Shown in pieces: positions 1-8,946 of a DNA stretch of 64,000 nucleotides. Position numbers and translations under genes: made by a program. The notes beneath the pieces are model-generated. The model did no database searches, had not been told where the DNA came from, and saw nothing but the letters and a program-made list of their open reading frames with translations. Where the stretch lies: positions 57,315-121,314 of the forward strand of contig JAFYZR010000082.1 of the NCBI GenBank assembly GCA_017557345.1, written 5' to 3'. How positions within the stretch are numbered: the stretch's first letter is position 1; the number at the start of each line of letters is the position of its first letter. Source of the stretch: Paludibacteraceae bacterium (GTDB lineage Bacteria; Bacteroidota; Bacteroidia; Bacteroidales; Paludibacteraceae).

Positions 1-365
1 AATATGCCTAAAAAATCGGTATCCCAATGTCCGATATGAATGCCATATTTGCCTGGTTGTGTAATAGGGCATGAAATGGAATCCAATGAAAGTCCGTAAA
101 AATAATCTTCCTTATATTTCTCGCTAAAATCCGATCGTATAACGACATATGAAATCTGGTCTTTTTGTGTGAAAACGGTCAGCATATTGCCGGTAAGTGT
201 CACGCGGAACTGATTAGGGTCCGTTGGATCCGGAGTAGAACCGGTAGGATTATCCGTTGGCATGAATTTTACCGTGGACATCTCTAACGGGATTTCAATA
301 GTGTTTCCTGCAAAAAGGGAAACCGACCAAATCAGCAATATTATGATAAGTCCTGTCTTTCGCAT
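1..365 (-). CDS. Small secreted protein, DUF3244-like (C-terminus runs off the window start)
   Basis: Absent from the ORF track because it has no stop in the window. ATG at 365 reads MRKTGLIIILLIWSVSLFAGNTIEIPL...GKYGIHIGHWDTDFLGI and stays open to position 1. It has a signal peptide and starts 1 nt after the stop of the upstream TPR gene. Confidence 0.5.
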   Translation of the reverse strand, partial: MRKTGLIIILLIWSVSLFAGNTIEIPLEMSTVKFMPTDNPTGSTPDPTDPNQFRVTLTGNMLTVFTQKDQISYVVIRSDFSEKYKEDYFYGLSLDSISCPITQPGKYGIHIGHWDTDFLGI

Positions 366-366
366 T

Positions 367-1545
367 TTAATTCCGGCATGCAATATCAAAAACAGCGTTC
401 TGCAAGTCTTTGACGCTAACGCCTAATTTCTTGGCAATCAAGTATTTGTCTTTGCCAATTCCGTTTTCTGCGCGGTTTAAGATATCCGCCATTTGTGCAT
501 AACTAAAACCGAACATCACTAGCGTGGCGATGCGTATCTCTCGTTCGGACAAACCACGCTCCTGCAGTTTGGAAGGCAAATCATATAGATTCCAAGGAAT
601 TTCTCTTTTGGCATCTTTGCTTTGGAGCAAATGAGTTGCTATCTGCTTGATTTTCCGCTTTTTGCGTATTTGCAACCATTTATAACTTAGCCAAGTCACT
701 ATGCTGAGGCTCAAAAGTATGGTCAAAATCAGACACCATGGATAGAAAGGACGCTTATTTCGACTTTGTTGCAGCAATACAACCGCTTGCGCCATCTCGC
801 TTTTATATTGCTCCAACTCACGTTGAACGTCTGTTCGTTTCTCCGATAATTCTACCACCTCCGTTCGTCCGGCTGTAGAATCGCAATGTGCCAAGATATA
901 ATAAGCATCATCCAAATAACGCGGATTAGTTGTCTTTGCTGCTACGTGTGTTGCGTAAAATATTGCCGAATCGTATTGTTCGCTATACGCATAGGCTTGA
1001 GCCAAAAGCATTTCGCCATATAACGTATCTGCCACATTTCGTGCGTACCAAATAGCCGAATCATATTCGGCCGCATAAAGACAAGCAGCAGCATGCGATT
1101 CAATCACTTTACTTTGCACCATCTCCGATGGACACACTGAAACAGCGGAATCAATAAGCATCAATGCCGAATCTTTATGACCCAATACGGCTTGTTCCCA
1201 TGCCATGTTATTGAGCGCATAGGCAACAGCCAAAGTATCCTTCGCTAATGCAAAATGCTCTGTGGAAAGCGTGTAGATTTCATAGGCCATCTCATGCCGT
1301 TCCGCCTGACGACACATATTTGCCATATTGCTATAAACGCGCCCAAGCAATTTATAATCATGCGTCCGGCTTTGAGTGGCGTTTATAAAATATTGCATCG
1401 CTTGGACGGGTTCTCCCGCTTCCCGTTTCTCCCGTCCTAAGCGATAATACTCTTGCGCATATTCATCCCCCTTCCCGCAAGACACAGCAAATATTGCTGC
1501 CAAAAAGAGGCAACCAAATATGCTATGCTTGGGAAAATGGATCAT
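367..1545 (-). CDS. TPR-repeat membrane protein with C-terminal LuxR/GerE-like HTH
   Basis: 392-aa ORF. Lipoprotein-like N-terminus (AVSCGK), repeated TPR-like A/Y-rich helices, one TM helix (PWCLILTILLSLSIVTWLSY), and a C-terminal LSEREIRIATLVMFGFSYAQMADIL HTH-like segment. Confidence 0.55.
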   Translation of the reverse strand: MIHFPKHSIFGCLFLAAIFAVSCGKGDEYAQEYYRLGREKREAGEPVQAMQYFINATQSRTHDYKLLGRVYSNMANMCRQAERHEMAYEIYTLSTEHFALAKDTLAVAYALNNMAWEQAVLGHKDSALMLIDSAVSVCPSEMVQSKVIESHAAACLYAAEYDSAIWYARNVADTLYGEMLLAQAYAYSEQYDSAIFYATHVAAKTTNPRYLDDAYYILAHCDSTAGRTEVVELSEKRTDVQRELEQYKSEMAQAVVLLQQSRNKRPFYPWCLILTILLSLSIVTWLSYKWLQIRKKRKIKQIATHLLQSKDAKREIPWNLYDLPSKLQERGLSEREIRIATLVMFGFSYAQMADILNRAENGIGKDKYLIAKKLGVSVKDLQNAVFDIACRN

Positions 1546-1548
1546 TCT

Positions 1549-1914
1549 TTATTTGTCTATTACTTCAACCACTACAGAAGTTAGCGGCTCACCCAAAGCG
1601 CTGATGCCCACAACATAAACATAATCTACAAATAATGTGTCTTTACCAACATTAAGCGCGTGAATGGCTGTACTCTTTCCTTCGAAATCCGAAATCTCAA
1701 ATACCGGCTTTTCACTGTCACGCAAATCGCTATATGCATAATTCACATGAACAGTGGTCGCGCTATTTTTTTGGACATCCACGTTCAGTTGTGTGCTTTC
1801 GCCAACAGACATTACAATGTGGCGGGAACTTACTGTAAGTACAGGTGCGTTGTACTCACAGCCTGTAATAATCATTCCAAAAATAACAAGCGATAAATAA
1901 AAGATCTTTTTCAT
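1549..1914 (-). CDS. Small lipoprotein, hypothetical (beta-rich, Ig-like)
   Basis: Start moved to the internal ATG at 1914 (MKKIFYLSLVIFGMIITGCEY, lipobox) because the ORF-track start at 1947 overlaps the -7 promoter box. Confidence 0.5.
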   Translation of the reverse strand: MKKIFYLSLVIFGMIITGCEYNAPVLTVSSRHIVMSVGESTQLNVDVQKNSATTVHVNYAYSDLRDSEKPVFEISDFEGKSTAIHALNVGKDTLFVDYVYVVGISALGEPLTSVVVEVIDK

Positions 1915-1944
1915 AACTTTTGCATTTTTAATGGTTTGACGCTG

Positions 1945-1952
1945 CAAAAGTA
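1945..1952 (-). promoter_or_regulatory. Bacteroides-type -7 box (TACTTTTG on minus strand)
   Basis: Plus strand reads CAAAAGTA, matching TAnnTTTG about 31 nt upstream of the ATG at 1914. Confidence 0.45.
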
Positions 1953-2011
1953 CTGCTTTTTACACAAACCGCCAAATATAGTACTTGGGAAAAACTTGGG
2001 ATTTTATAACA

Positions 2012-2066
2012 TTACCTTATTTTTACCTTATCATTACCTTATCATTACCTGGTTATCACGTTATTT
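2012..2066. repeat. 11-bp phased tandem array A (TTACCTTATCA-type units)
   Basis: Units start at 2012, 2023, 2034, 2045 and 2056: ttaccttattt / ttaccttatca / ttaccttatca / ttacctggtta / tcacgttattt. The period is exactly 11 and two units are identical. Confidence 0.85.
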
Positions 2067-2070
2067 TGGT

Positions 2071-3879
2071 TTACTCTTCACTAAAGTGAACCAAAACGTT
2101 TCGGTAGGAATTGAAGATTTTGGATTTGGAAACGAATCCCAGATAACGGCGGTCTTGATCAACAACCGGCAGATTCCATGCTCCTGTATCTTCGAAGGTT
2201 TCCATTACTTTTTCCATCGGCTGGTCAAAACGCAGAATAGCCGCAGGAGAAGTCATTAAGCGGCCGACCGTAAAACGATTATACAAACGGGGCTGGAACA
2301 TGATATTTCGAACCTCATCCAGCAATAAAATGCCTTTTAGATGGCCTTCTTTGTCGATTACAGGGAAAATATTTCGTTTGCTCTCGGAAATAACTTTTAC
2401 CAATTGACCTAAGGTCATTTCCGGGGAAACGGTAATAAAATCCGTTTCAAGCACATGATCCATCTTAAGAAGCGTAAGTACGTTGCGATCCTTGTTATGC
2501 GTAAGCAATTCGCCTTTTTGTGCCAAACGCATCGCGTACAAAGAGTGCGGCTCGAAAAGCATGATGGTTAGATATGAAATCACGCTTACAATCATTAGCG
2601 GCATAAATAGATGATAGCCGCCTGTTAGTTCGGCGATAAGGAAAATACCGGTCAAGGGAGCGTGCATAACGCCTGACATCAAACCGGCCATACCGACCAA
2701 CGCAAAACTGGTCTCCGGAACAGCAAGACCGAAAAGATTCATGATTCGTGCTGTCACAAATCCAACGATAGCACCCATAAAGAGCGAAGGAGCAAAGATT
2801 CCTCCGACACCGCCTGCACCATTGGTTGCAACACTTGCGACAATCTTTACCAGAATGATGGCAATAAAATAGGCCAATATAATCAATTGGGTGTTAACGG
2901 TGGATAGTTGCGCATAAAAATCCGTAGTAGCAAGATATTTCTCCAGCGGACTATTTTTTAGTGCGGTTAGACTATCGCCGTTAATCAGCTGATGAATAAC
3001 GTCATATCCTTCGCCATAAAGCGGAGGAAAGAGGAAAATAAGTACACTCAGCGTTAAACCTCCGATAAGAATTTTCAGGCCAATAGACCGCACATTATGT
3101 TTCATCCATTGCTCCAGTCTATTCATCCCACGCGTGAAATAGAGACTGACAAAACCGCACATGGCACCTAAAACCAAGTACCATGGAATACGTTGTACCA
3201 AAAATGGTTCAGCCGCTTTAAGCGGGAACATCGGATCTGTGCCGGTAAGGATATAAGAAATAGCGGTAGCCGTTACGGATGAAATGAGTAGCGGAGCTAC
3301 GGAAGTCATCGTCAGATCCATCATCAGCACTTCCAGCGTAAAAACCAAACCGGCAATAGGCGCTTTAAATATACCACCAATCGCACCCGCTGCGCCACAA
3401 CCGATCATCAGCATCATCGTCTTTTGATCGAGACGAAAAGCCTTGGCTAAATTCGAACCGATAGCGGCGCCGGTCAAAACGATAGGTGCCTCGGCTCCGA
3501 CAGAACCACCAAAACCAATTGTTAGAGCAGAACCAACCACCGATGACCACATGTTATGGGCTTTGATGATCGATTTACGTTGAGATATGGCGTAAAGAAT
3601 TTTGGTAATACCGTGCGATATATCGTCTCGTACGATATATTTGACGAATAAGGCCGCTAAAGTGATACCAATAACCGGCGTGATGAGATACCACCATGTA
3701 TGGCCGCCGGCAATCAGTTGCGTTTCTACGAAACGCTGGATAAGATGAATGAATGATTTTAGAAGAGCAGCGGCTGTGGCAGAGAAGGCGCCTACAAAGA
3801 ATGAAAGGAGAAGTACCAGATGCTTCTCGCTTAAATGGCGTTCACGCCATTCAATCATTCTGTCGTAGAACTGCGTCAT
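2071..3879 (-). CDS. ClC family voltage-gated chloride channel with C-terminal CBS pair
   Basis: Polytopic membrane protein with GGSVGAEAP and GGIFAPSLFMGA ClC selectivity-type motifs and a C-terminal CBS-like region. Start set to ATG 3879 (MTQFYDRMIEW) to avoid a 20-nt overlap with obg. Confidence 0.85.
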   Translation of the reverse strand: MTQFYDRMIEWRERHLSEKHLVLLLSFFVGAFSATAAALLKSFIHLIQRFVETQLIAGGHTWWYLITPVIGITLAALFVKYIVRDDISHGITKILYAISQRKSIIKAHNMWSSVVGSALTIGFGGSVGAEAPIVLTGAAIGSNLAKAFRLDQKTMMLMIGCGAAGAIGGIFKAPIAGLVFTLEVLMMDLTMTSVAPLLISSVTATAISYILTGTDPMFPLKAAEPFLVQRIPWYLVLGAMCGFVSLYFTRGMNRLEQWMKHNVRSIGLKILIGGLTLSVLIFLFPPLYGEGYDVIHQLINGDSLTALKNSPLEKYLATTDFYAQLSTVNTQLIILAYFIAIILVKIVASVATNGAGGVGGIFAPSLFMGAIVGFVTARIMNLFGLAVPETSFALVGMAGLMSGVMHAPLTGIFLIAELTGGYHLFMPLMIVSVISYLTIMLFEPHSLYAMRLAQKGELLTHNKDRNVLTLLKMDHVLETDFITVSPEMTLGQLVKVISESKRNIFPVIDKEGHLKGILLLDEVRNIMFQPRLYNRFTVGRLMTSPAAILRFDQPMEKVMETFEDTGAWNLPVVDQDRRYLGFVSKSKIFNSYRNVLVHFSEE

Positions 3880-3910
3880 TGTTTTACCCCTTCCGTCTAG
3901 GGTTTCCCCG

Positions 3911-5083
3911 TTAATCGGGGACACCGTCATCCCAACCGATGCCTTTGTATTTGTCGAGATCCCACTCCTCTTCTACTTCATTTAGATATATCGTTTCCTC
4001 TTCTTCTTTTGCCTCGGGTTCTTCTTCGCGTTCAATAACGGTCACATCAATCGGAGCGTGCGATATTTCTATGATTTGATTTTGCTCTTTGTTCAATTCT
4101 GTCCAAAGTGCATCTTTCAATTCATCAATACCAACGCCTGCAACGGAAGAAATGAAAACAATAGGAATATCTAAACTTGTCAGTTTTTTTGATTTCTTCA
4201 GTTTAGCCAACTCTTTTTCGTCCAGCGTATCACATTTGCTGATGGCTAAAATCCGCGCTTTGGTCAGTAGTTCCGGATTATATTGCTCCAATTCGTGAAG
4301 AAGAATCTTATATTCTTTGATAACATCCTCGCTGGTCGCCGGAACCATAAAGAGCAATACAGCATTTCGCTCTATATGTCGCAAAAAACGAAGTCCAAGT
4401 CCTTTTCCTTCACTGGCTCCTTCGATAATACCCGGTATATCCGCCATGCAGAAAGAGCGGCCGTCGCGATAGGAAACGATTCCTAACTGCGGAGTGAGGG
4501 TAGTAAATGGATAATCGGCTATCTCTGGTTTTGCGGCAGAGACAACGCTTAATAATGTCGATTTACCTGCATTCGGGAATCCGACCAGACCAACATCCGC
4601 CAGCACTTTTAACTGCATGATGATTGTGCGTTCTTGTGCCGGTTCTCCCGGTTGCGCATAGCGCGGGGCTTGATTTGTCGCTGTGCGGAAATGCCAGTTG
4701 CCCAAACCGCCACGGCCACCTTTAAGCAATACCACACGCTCATCATGCTCTTTTACTTCGCAAAGAAACTCCCCCGTTTCACCGTCATAAACCACTGTGC
4801 CGCAAGGAACTTCAATAATCTTATCCTCGCCGTCCTTGCCGAACGACCTGCTCTGACCGCCTCTTCCGCCATCTGTGGCCATGATATGCTTTTGGTATTT
4901 GAGGTGGAGCAAAGTCCAGAGGTTGCGGTTGCCACGCAATATTATCGACCCGCCTTTTCCTCCGTCGCCGCCGTCCGGTCCGCCTTTCGGCAGATATTTG
5001 GCACGATGAAGGTGCATACAGCCAGCGCCGCCCTTTCCGGAGCGGCAGTAGATTTTAACGTAGTCGATAAAATTGCCTGACAT
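3911..5083 (-). CDS. obg: GTPase Obg/CgtA
   Basis: N-terminal [41 protein letters not shown] Obg fold, G1 GFPNAGKST, and an acidic C-terminal tail. Confidence 0.95.
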   Translation of the reverse strand: MSGNFIDYVKIYCRSGKGGAGCMHLHRAKYLPKGGPDGGDGGKGGSIILRGNRNLWTLLHLKYQKHIMATDGGRGGQSRSFGKDGEDKIIEVPCGTVVYDGETGEFLCEVKEHDERVVLLKGGRGGLGNWHFRTATNQAPRYAQPGEPAQERTIIMQLKVLADVGLVGFPNAGKSTLLSVVSAAKPEIADYPFTTLTPQLGIVSYRDGRSFCMADIPGIIEGASEGKGLGLRFLRHIERNAVLLFMVPATSEDVIKEYKILLHELEQYNPELLTKARILAISKCDTLDEKELAKLKKSKKLTSLDIPIVFISSVAGVGIDELKDALWTELNKEQNQIIEISHAPIDVTVIEREEEPEAKEEEETIYLNEVEEEWDLDKYKGIGWDDGVPD

Positions 5084-5086
5084 AGT

Positions 5087-5668
5087 TTATTTATTCAATG
5101 CAAAGCGGTCTACGATGCGTTTGATTTGCGGGAATACATCGTCCGCCGAATAATTGCCATTGATAGCAAAGTAGTTTCCTTGATGCAAGTAATACTCCGC
5201 TACTGGCTCTGTTTGTGTATGATAAACAGCGATGCGATGACGAATGGTATTGAGCGTATCATCGGCACGGCCACTCACTTTTCCGCGATCTACCAAACGC
5301 TGGATAAGCAACTGCTCATCTACCATCAAATCAATCATCAGCGCACTCATCTGATATTTCTTCAAAAGATTTGTGAATGCCTCTGCTTGAGCTACCGTAC
5401 GAGGATAACCGTCAAAGATGGTCCCTTTGCATTCTTTCGGCAGGTTGGCAATATAATTCTCAATAACGCCAAGCATCATATCATCAGGCACCAGATTGCC
5501 TTTCGAGATAAGGGCGTCTATTTTTTTGCCAAGGGCACTACCTGTGGCTATTTCTGCGCGTAATACTTCTCCTGTTGAGAGGTGATGTAATCCGTACTCT
5601 TTTGAGATATAAGCGGACTGAGTTCCTTTTCCGCTACCCGGAGCACCAAATAAAATGATATTCAACAT
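5087..5668 (-). CDS. adk: Adenylate kinase
   Basis: MLNIILFGAPGSGKGTQS P-loop and overall Adk layout. Start taken at ATG 5668 rather than the GTG at 5683. Confidence 0.95.
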   Translation of the reverse strand: MLNIILFGAPGSGKGTQSAYISKEYGLHHLSTGEVLRAEIATGSALGKKIDALISKGNLVPDDMMLGVIENYIANLPKECKGTIFDGYPRTVAQAEAFTNLLKKYQMSALMIDLMVDEQLLIQRLVDRGKVSGRADDTLNTIRHRIAVYHTQTEPVAEYYLHQGNYFAINGNYSADDVFPQIKRIVDRFALNK

Positions 5669-5684
5669 AATAACAAAAGACACA

Positions 5685-5718
5685 AAACGAGTTGCCCAAA
5701 AACCGGGGCAACTCGTTT
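5685..5718 (-). terminator. Rho-independent terminator after the HU gene
   Basis: Perfect 13-bp stem aaacgagttgccc / gggcaactcgttt with an 8-nt loop. On the minus strand it is followed by TTTTGTGTCTTTTGTT. Confidence 0.7.
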
Positions 5719-5737
5719 ATGAAGCTACGTTGCTTAA

Positions 5738-6001
5738 TTAGAGAGCAAATTTTGCACCCGGTTTAATTCTAACGACCTTGCGTGCAGGAACGTTAACAAC
5801 GGCACCCGTGCGCGGGTTTTTAGCTTTGCGAGCTGCTCTTTGAGCTACGCTTACACTTGCGAAACCTACGAGCTGTACGCCCTCACCTTTCTTAACTGCC
5901 TCTACAGCTGCCTCAAGAGCTGCATCCAGAACTTTTGCTGCCAATGCTGCAGGAACCTCAGCCTTTGCTGCAGCAGCCTTAATAAGTTGCGATTTGTTCA
6001 T
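5738..6001 (-). CDS. hup: HU family DNA-binding protein
   Basis: 87 aa, MNKSQLIKAAA...RTGAVVNVPARKVVRIKPGAKF, a typical HU/IHF fold sequence. Confidence 0.9.
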   Translation of the reverse strand: MNKSQLIKAAAAKAEVPAALAAKVLDAALEAAVEAVKKGEGVQLVGFASVSVAQRAARKAKNPRTGAVVNVPARKVVRIKPGAKFAL

Positions 6002-6065
6002 AACTTTGTGTGTTTTTTAGTTATTAATAAAGTGAACTATTAGTTTTCCCATCCGGAATACGCCG

Positions 6066-6073
6066 CAAAGTTA
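6066..6073 (-). promoter_or_regulatory. -7 box TAACTTTG (minus) upstream of HU
   Basis: Plus strand CAAAGTTA matches TAnnTTTG. Confidence 0.4.
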
Positions 6074-6205
6074 CAACTTTTTCTTGATATACCAAATATT
6101 TTGGGCAAAAAAAATGCAATTTTTTTAAAAAAAACATCATTTTTGTCAATTTGGTGCACTTTTTGTGTGTTTATTCCATATATTTTTAGTAATTTTGCAC
6201 TCGTT

Positions 6206-6967
6206 ATGCGGAATATTCCTACTGTTACGCGCTATCTGTTGATAGCCAATGTTATCATTTATCTTTTGACGGCCGTCCTTCAACGGAGCGGCATAGATTT
6301 GAATACCCTAGGCGGATTACATTATGTTTTAGCGCCATCGTTCCATTGGTGGCAGCCGATAACTTATATGTTCCTCCATGCTAATCTCGGACATATCTTT
6401 TTTAATATGTTCGCGGTATGGATGTTTGGCCCTACCATCGAACGTGAATGGGGAGCAAGAAGATATTTGATTTATTATCTTGTCTGCGGCTTGGGAGCTG
6501 CTATCATTCAGGAACTCGTGTGGATGGCCATGTTAAGCAATATGAGTTCGTCTTATGGAGCTGCGGCACTATCGCAATATGCCTATTATATGAATACCAT
6601 CGGAGCTTCCGGAGCAGTCTTCGGTATCCTTTTTGCTTTCGGATGGCTTTTCCCCGATGTGCCGATGTATATCCTTTTCGTGCCTTTCCCCATACGTGCG
6701 CGTACGTTCGTTATTATATACGCGTTAATAGAACTCTTTGCCGGATTAGGCTCTGTGGCTGGGTTTACGGCAGATAATGTTGCCCATTTCGCACATTTGG
6801 GAGGACTCCTTTTCGGATGGCTGTTGATTCTCTACTGGAAACTGACGAATTGGCGTGAACCAGGAGACTTATGGCATACTATTCGTGCCAAATTGACAGG
6901 ACATCATCGGTTGGATAGTTCCGACGACGATAAATTCGACGGATATCATTACCAAAAACGCCTGTAA
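6206..6967 (+). CDS. Rhomboid family intramembrane serine protease
   Basis: GASGAVFG catalytic Ser motif and HFAHLGG His motif in a six-TM layout. Start at ATG 6206 (MRNIPTVTRYLLIANVIIYLL); a TAATTTTG box lies at 6190-6197. Confidence 0.85.
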   Translation: MRNIPTVTRYLLIANVIIYLLTAVLQRSGIDLNTLGGLHYVLAPSFHWWQPITYMFLHANLGHIFFNMFAVWMFGPTIEREWGARRYLIYYLVCGLGAAIIQELVWMAMLSNMSSSYGAAALSQYAYYMNTIGASGAVFGILFAFGWLFPDVPMYILFVPFPIRARTFVIIYALIELFAGLGSVAGFTADNVAHFAHLGGLLFGWLLILYWKLTNWREPGDLWHTIRAKLTGHHRLDSSDDDKFDGYHYQKRL

Positions 6968-6988
6968 TCTCTTTTTTTTGTTGAGGGA

Positions 6989-7098
6989 AAAATTGAACAT
7001 TTTGGGGTGGAAATGTGGTGATTTTATGCGAATTTCATAGCATAAAACCCCGACATAATACCGATGAGACCCCGATGAACCGTAAAATTGAACATTTT
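6989..7098. repeat. 15-bp direct repeat AAAATTGAACATTTT (6989-7003 and 7084-7098)
   Basis: Exact 15-mers 95 bp apart in the rhomboid/island intergenic region. Confidence 0.8.
7050..7082. repeat. 11-bp phased array E (CCGA-initiated units)
   Basis: ccgacataata / ccgatgagacc / ccgatgaaccg, starting at 7050, 7061 and 7072. Confidence 0.6.
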
Positions 7099-7114
7099 AA
7101 TGTTTTTTGTCTTA

Positions 7115-7176
7115 TAGCTTGTATAAAAAATTCCGCAAAACCACATCAAAAAAACTTATAAAATTTATACAAGCTA
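7115..7176. repeat. 13-bp perfect inverted repeat TAGCTTGTATAAA / TTTATACAAGCTA
   Basis: Arms at 7115-7127 and 7164-7176 with a 36-nt spacer. Confidence 0.75.
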
Positions 7177-7223
7177 ATCTCGATATAATACTGACATAAT
7201 AGGTACATAATAGTTACCACACT
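7172..7223. repeat. 11-bp phased array D (ACATAATA-type units)
   Basis: The core (A[TC]ATAATA) sits at 7183-7190, 7194-7201 and 7205-7212 with period 11, flanked by degenerate units at 7172 and 7216. Confidence 0.7.
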
Positions 7224-7238
7224 TTGATTTTTTACTAT

Positions 7239-7318
7239 GGCAAAGTGGCAAAGTTGACAATCTTGCTGAAAATGAGCGAATTATCTTGTTTTGAACTTTG
7301 CCACTTTGTCACTTTGTC
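7239..7318. repeat. Inverted pair of tandem 8-mers (GGCAAAGT x2 ... ACTTTGCC ACTTTGTC ACTTTGTC)
   Basis: Left arm 7239-7254 and right arm 7295-7310 pair at 15 of 16 positions around a 40-nt loop. The right arm overlaps the stop codon (7317-7319) of the DUF3987-like gene. Confidence 0.8.
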
Positions 7319-8543
7319 ATCCTACTTTTTTATATACACCGTATTGGGTTTTAGTTATGAGACCATCATTAAGCCATTTTTCATTCCATCTAAATGCCGT
7401 TCTTTGTGATATCCCTTGTGACCTTGCTTCTTCTACAAGCACCCTATGAGGATATTCTGTCGGCAACTGTTTAAATAGAATCTGGCGTTGGTCCAGTGGC
7501 TTGATTTCCGGGATAAGATCTTGCTTGTCGCCTTCAATCATCCGATAAGCCGTAGCCATGTGAAGGAGCAGTTTGTTGCCTATTCGTTCGGCTGTTTCAT
7601 AATCTACGTCCGCGCAAGTAGAGAAATTACCGCGAAGCGCAGATAGAATCATAGCTATGCGTTCAATGTGGATAGCCATTCTAACAACAGCAGAATGGAA
7701 ATTATCTCCCAGCAACCCGATGAGTGTAGTATAGGTTGTTTCCAAATGCAATCCAAGCCGTTCTTTCTGTTTCTCCGTCAGCGTCCATTCATGTTCGTCA
7801 TGTTGCAAGAGCAATTCATAGATACTTAAAAGTTGTCGTCCTACTTGTTGCGGAATGGTACTTTGTGTTGGTTTGGCAGAAACATAAAGTTTGTTGAACG
7901 GATGTGTTTCGCGTATACAAAGTGTCAGTAAACGGGAGAAATAACCGTTTTCAACGGATGGAACTAAAGCACGATACTGATTGAATGTGCCGGTAAGGAG
8001 CATCGATAGTCGCGGACTTTGTATTTCCGAAGAGCTTTTACAACGATTACGGCTGATGGGCTCATGTTCTGCCGCTTTGCGCAAAGCTGTGTTATAGTTA
8101 GCCGCAGCTGTGCGCCAAATATCCGTTATGACCGATCCTTCGGATTCATGCATATAACCGCATCCGTTGCGTTCGGCAAGCGATTTGTACCATGCCGCAA
8201 GTGTACTATCTCCCGGAATGAGTAGCGGATATTGCTCATCAATCACCCGGAGCATCTCAAGCGCTTGATTGGCTATTCCTTTGCCGGATGCCGAAGCCGC
8301 TAAGATAAAACATTGCAGATTGGCATAATACTGCTTGCCGGTTGGTCCGTACCGGAAATAGAGATTAGGAACGCATGCGCTCGAGGCAGTTAGCATCGCC
8401 ATAATAAGGATGTCTTGCTCTTCAGGCGTGGATGCCAAAGAAAGCATTTGTTGAATAGGTGTTGGCAGGTTGTGCAAGTTGAGATGTTCAACGATGCGGA
8501 GGTTAGCCTGTTCCTCACAAACAAAAGAAGAGAATTTCTCCAT
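7317..8543 (-). CDS. DUF3987-like mobile-element protein (tentative) with C-terminal HTH-like tail
   Basis: 408 aa. The N-terminal LPTPIQQML...ILAASASGKG segment resembles DUF3987 proteins found in Bacteroides integrative elements. The call rests on memory of that family only. Confidence 0.4.
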   Translation of the reverse strand: MEKFSSFVCEEQANLRIVEHLNLHNLPTPIQQMLSLASTPEEQDILIMAMLTASSACVPNLYFRYGPTGKQYYANLQCFILAASASGKGIANQALEMLRVIDEQYPLLIPGDSTLAAWYKSLAERNGCGYMHESEGSVITDIWRTAAANYNTALRKAAEHEPISRNRCKSSSEIQSPRLSMLLTGTFNQYRALVPSVENGYFSRLLTLCIRETHPFNKLYVSAKPTQSTIPQQVGRQLLSIYELLLQHDEHEWTLTEKQKERLGLHLETTYTTLIGLLGDNFHSAVVRMAIHIERIAMILSALRGNFSTCADVDYETAERIGNKLLLHMATAYRMIEGDKQDLIPEIKPLDQRQILFKQLPTEYPHRVLVEEARSQGISQRTAFRWNEKWLNDGLITKTQYGVYKKVG

Positions 8544-8619
8544 AGTTAAAGGTTTTTTTAAGATTAATAATATTTATTTAGTCAGCCCGAGCGGACTGAA
8601 TGTTTTTCAAAATCGAGCA

Positions 8620-8627
8620 CAAAGATA
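8620..8627 (-). promoter_or_regulatory. -7 box TATCTTTG (minus) upstream of the DUF3987-like gene
   Basis: Plus strand CAAAGATA. The same 10-mer ACAAAGATAC recurs at 8693-8702. Confidence 0.4.
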
Positions 8628-8946
8628 CAAAAATATTTTGGAATATGCAAATTTTTGTCCCTCGGTTAGCACGTTCGGTAATGAAAAACGCTACAAAGAT
8701 ACGATGAACATTTGCCTTTTTCCAAATTTTTTTGCAAAAAAATGCACAATTCTTATTCCCTATATATTCACTCTATGTTAACAAGTTTATATCGTCTTCT
8801 GTAAGTTGTTATTGATACACAAATTAGGTTGCAACGCCAACAGGCGTTTACGGCAAGAATTTAGTTGTTCTTTGGTGAGTTTATACTCCTCAAACAAGGT
8901 TAAATTATTGTCTAAATTACGAAACATAGCATTCTTTAAGTTTTAT

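Noticed and set aside
4634-5080. 148-aa plus-strand ORF (and the others at 4089-4486)
   Set aside because: Lies entirely antisense inside obg, which has unmistakable motifs. It is a shadow ORF with no start context or promoter.
6101-6205. TTG-initiated 35-codon N-terminal extension of rhomboid
   Set aside because: The extension covers the TAATTTTG promoter box, and the conserved N-terminus begins at the ATG at 6206.
7000-7053. GGGG...CCCC pairing as an RNA hairpin or tRNA-like element
   Set aside because: Only 4 bp pair, and the flanking bases are not complementary.
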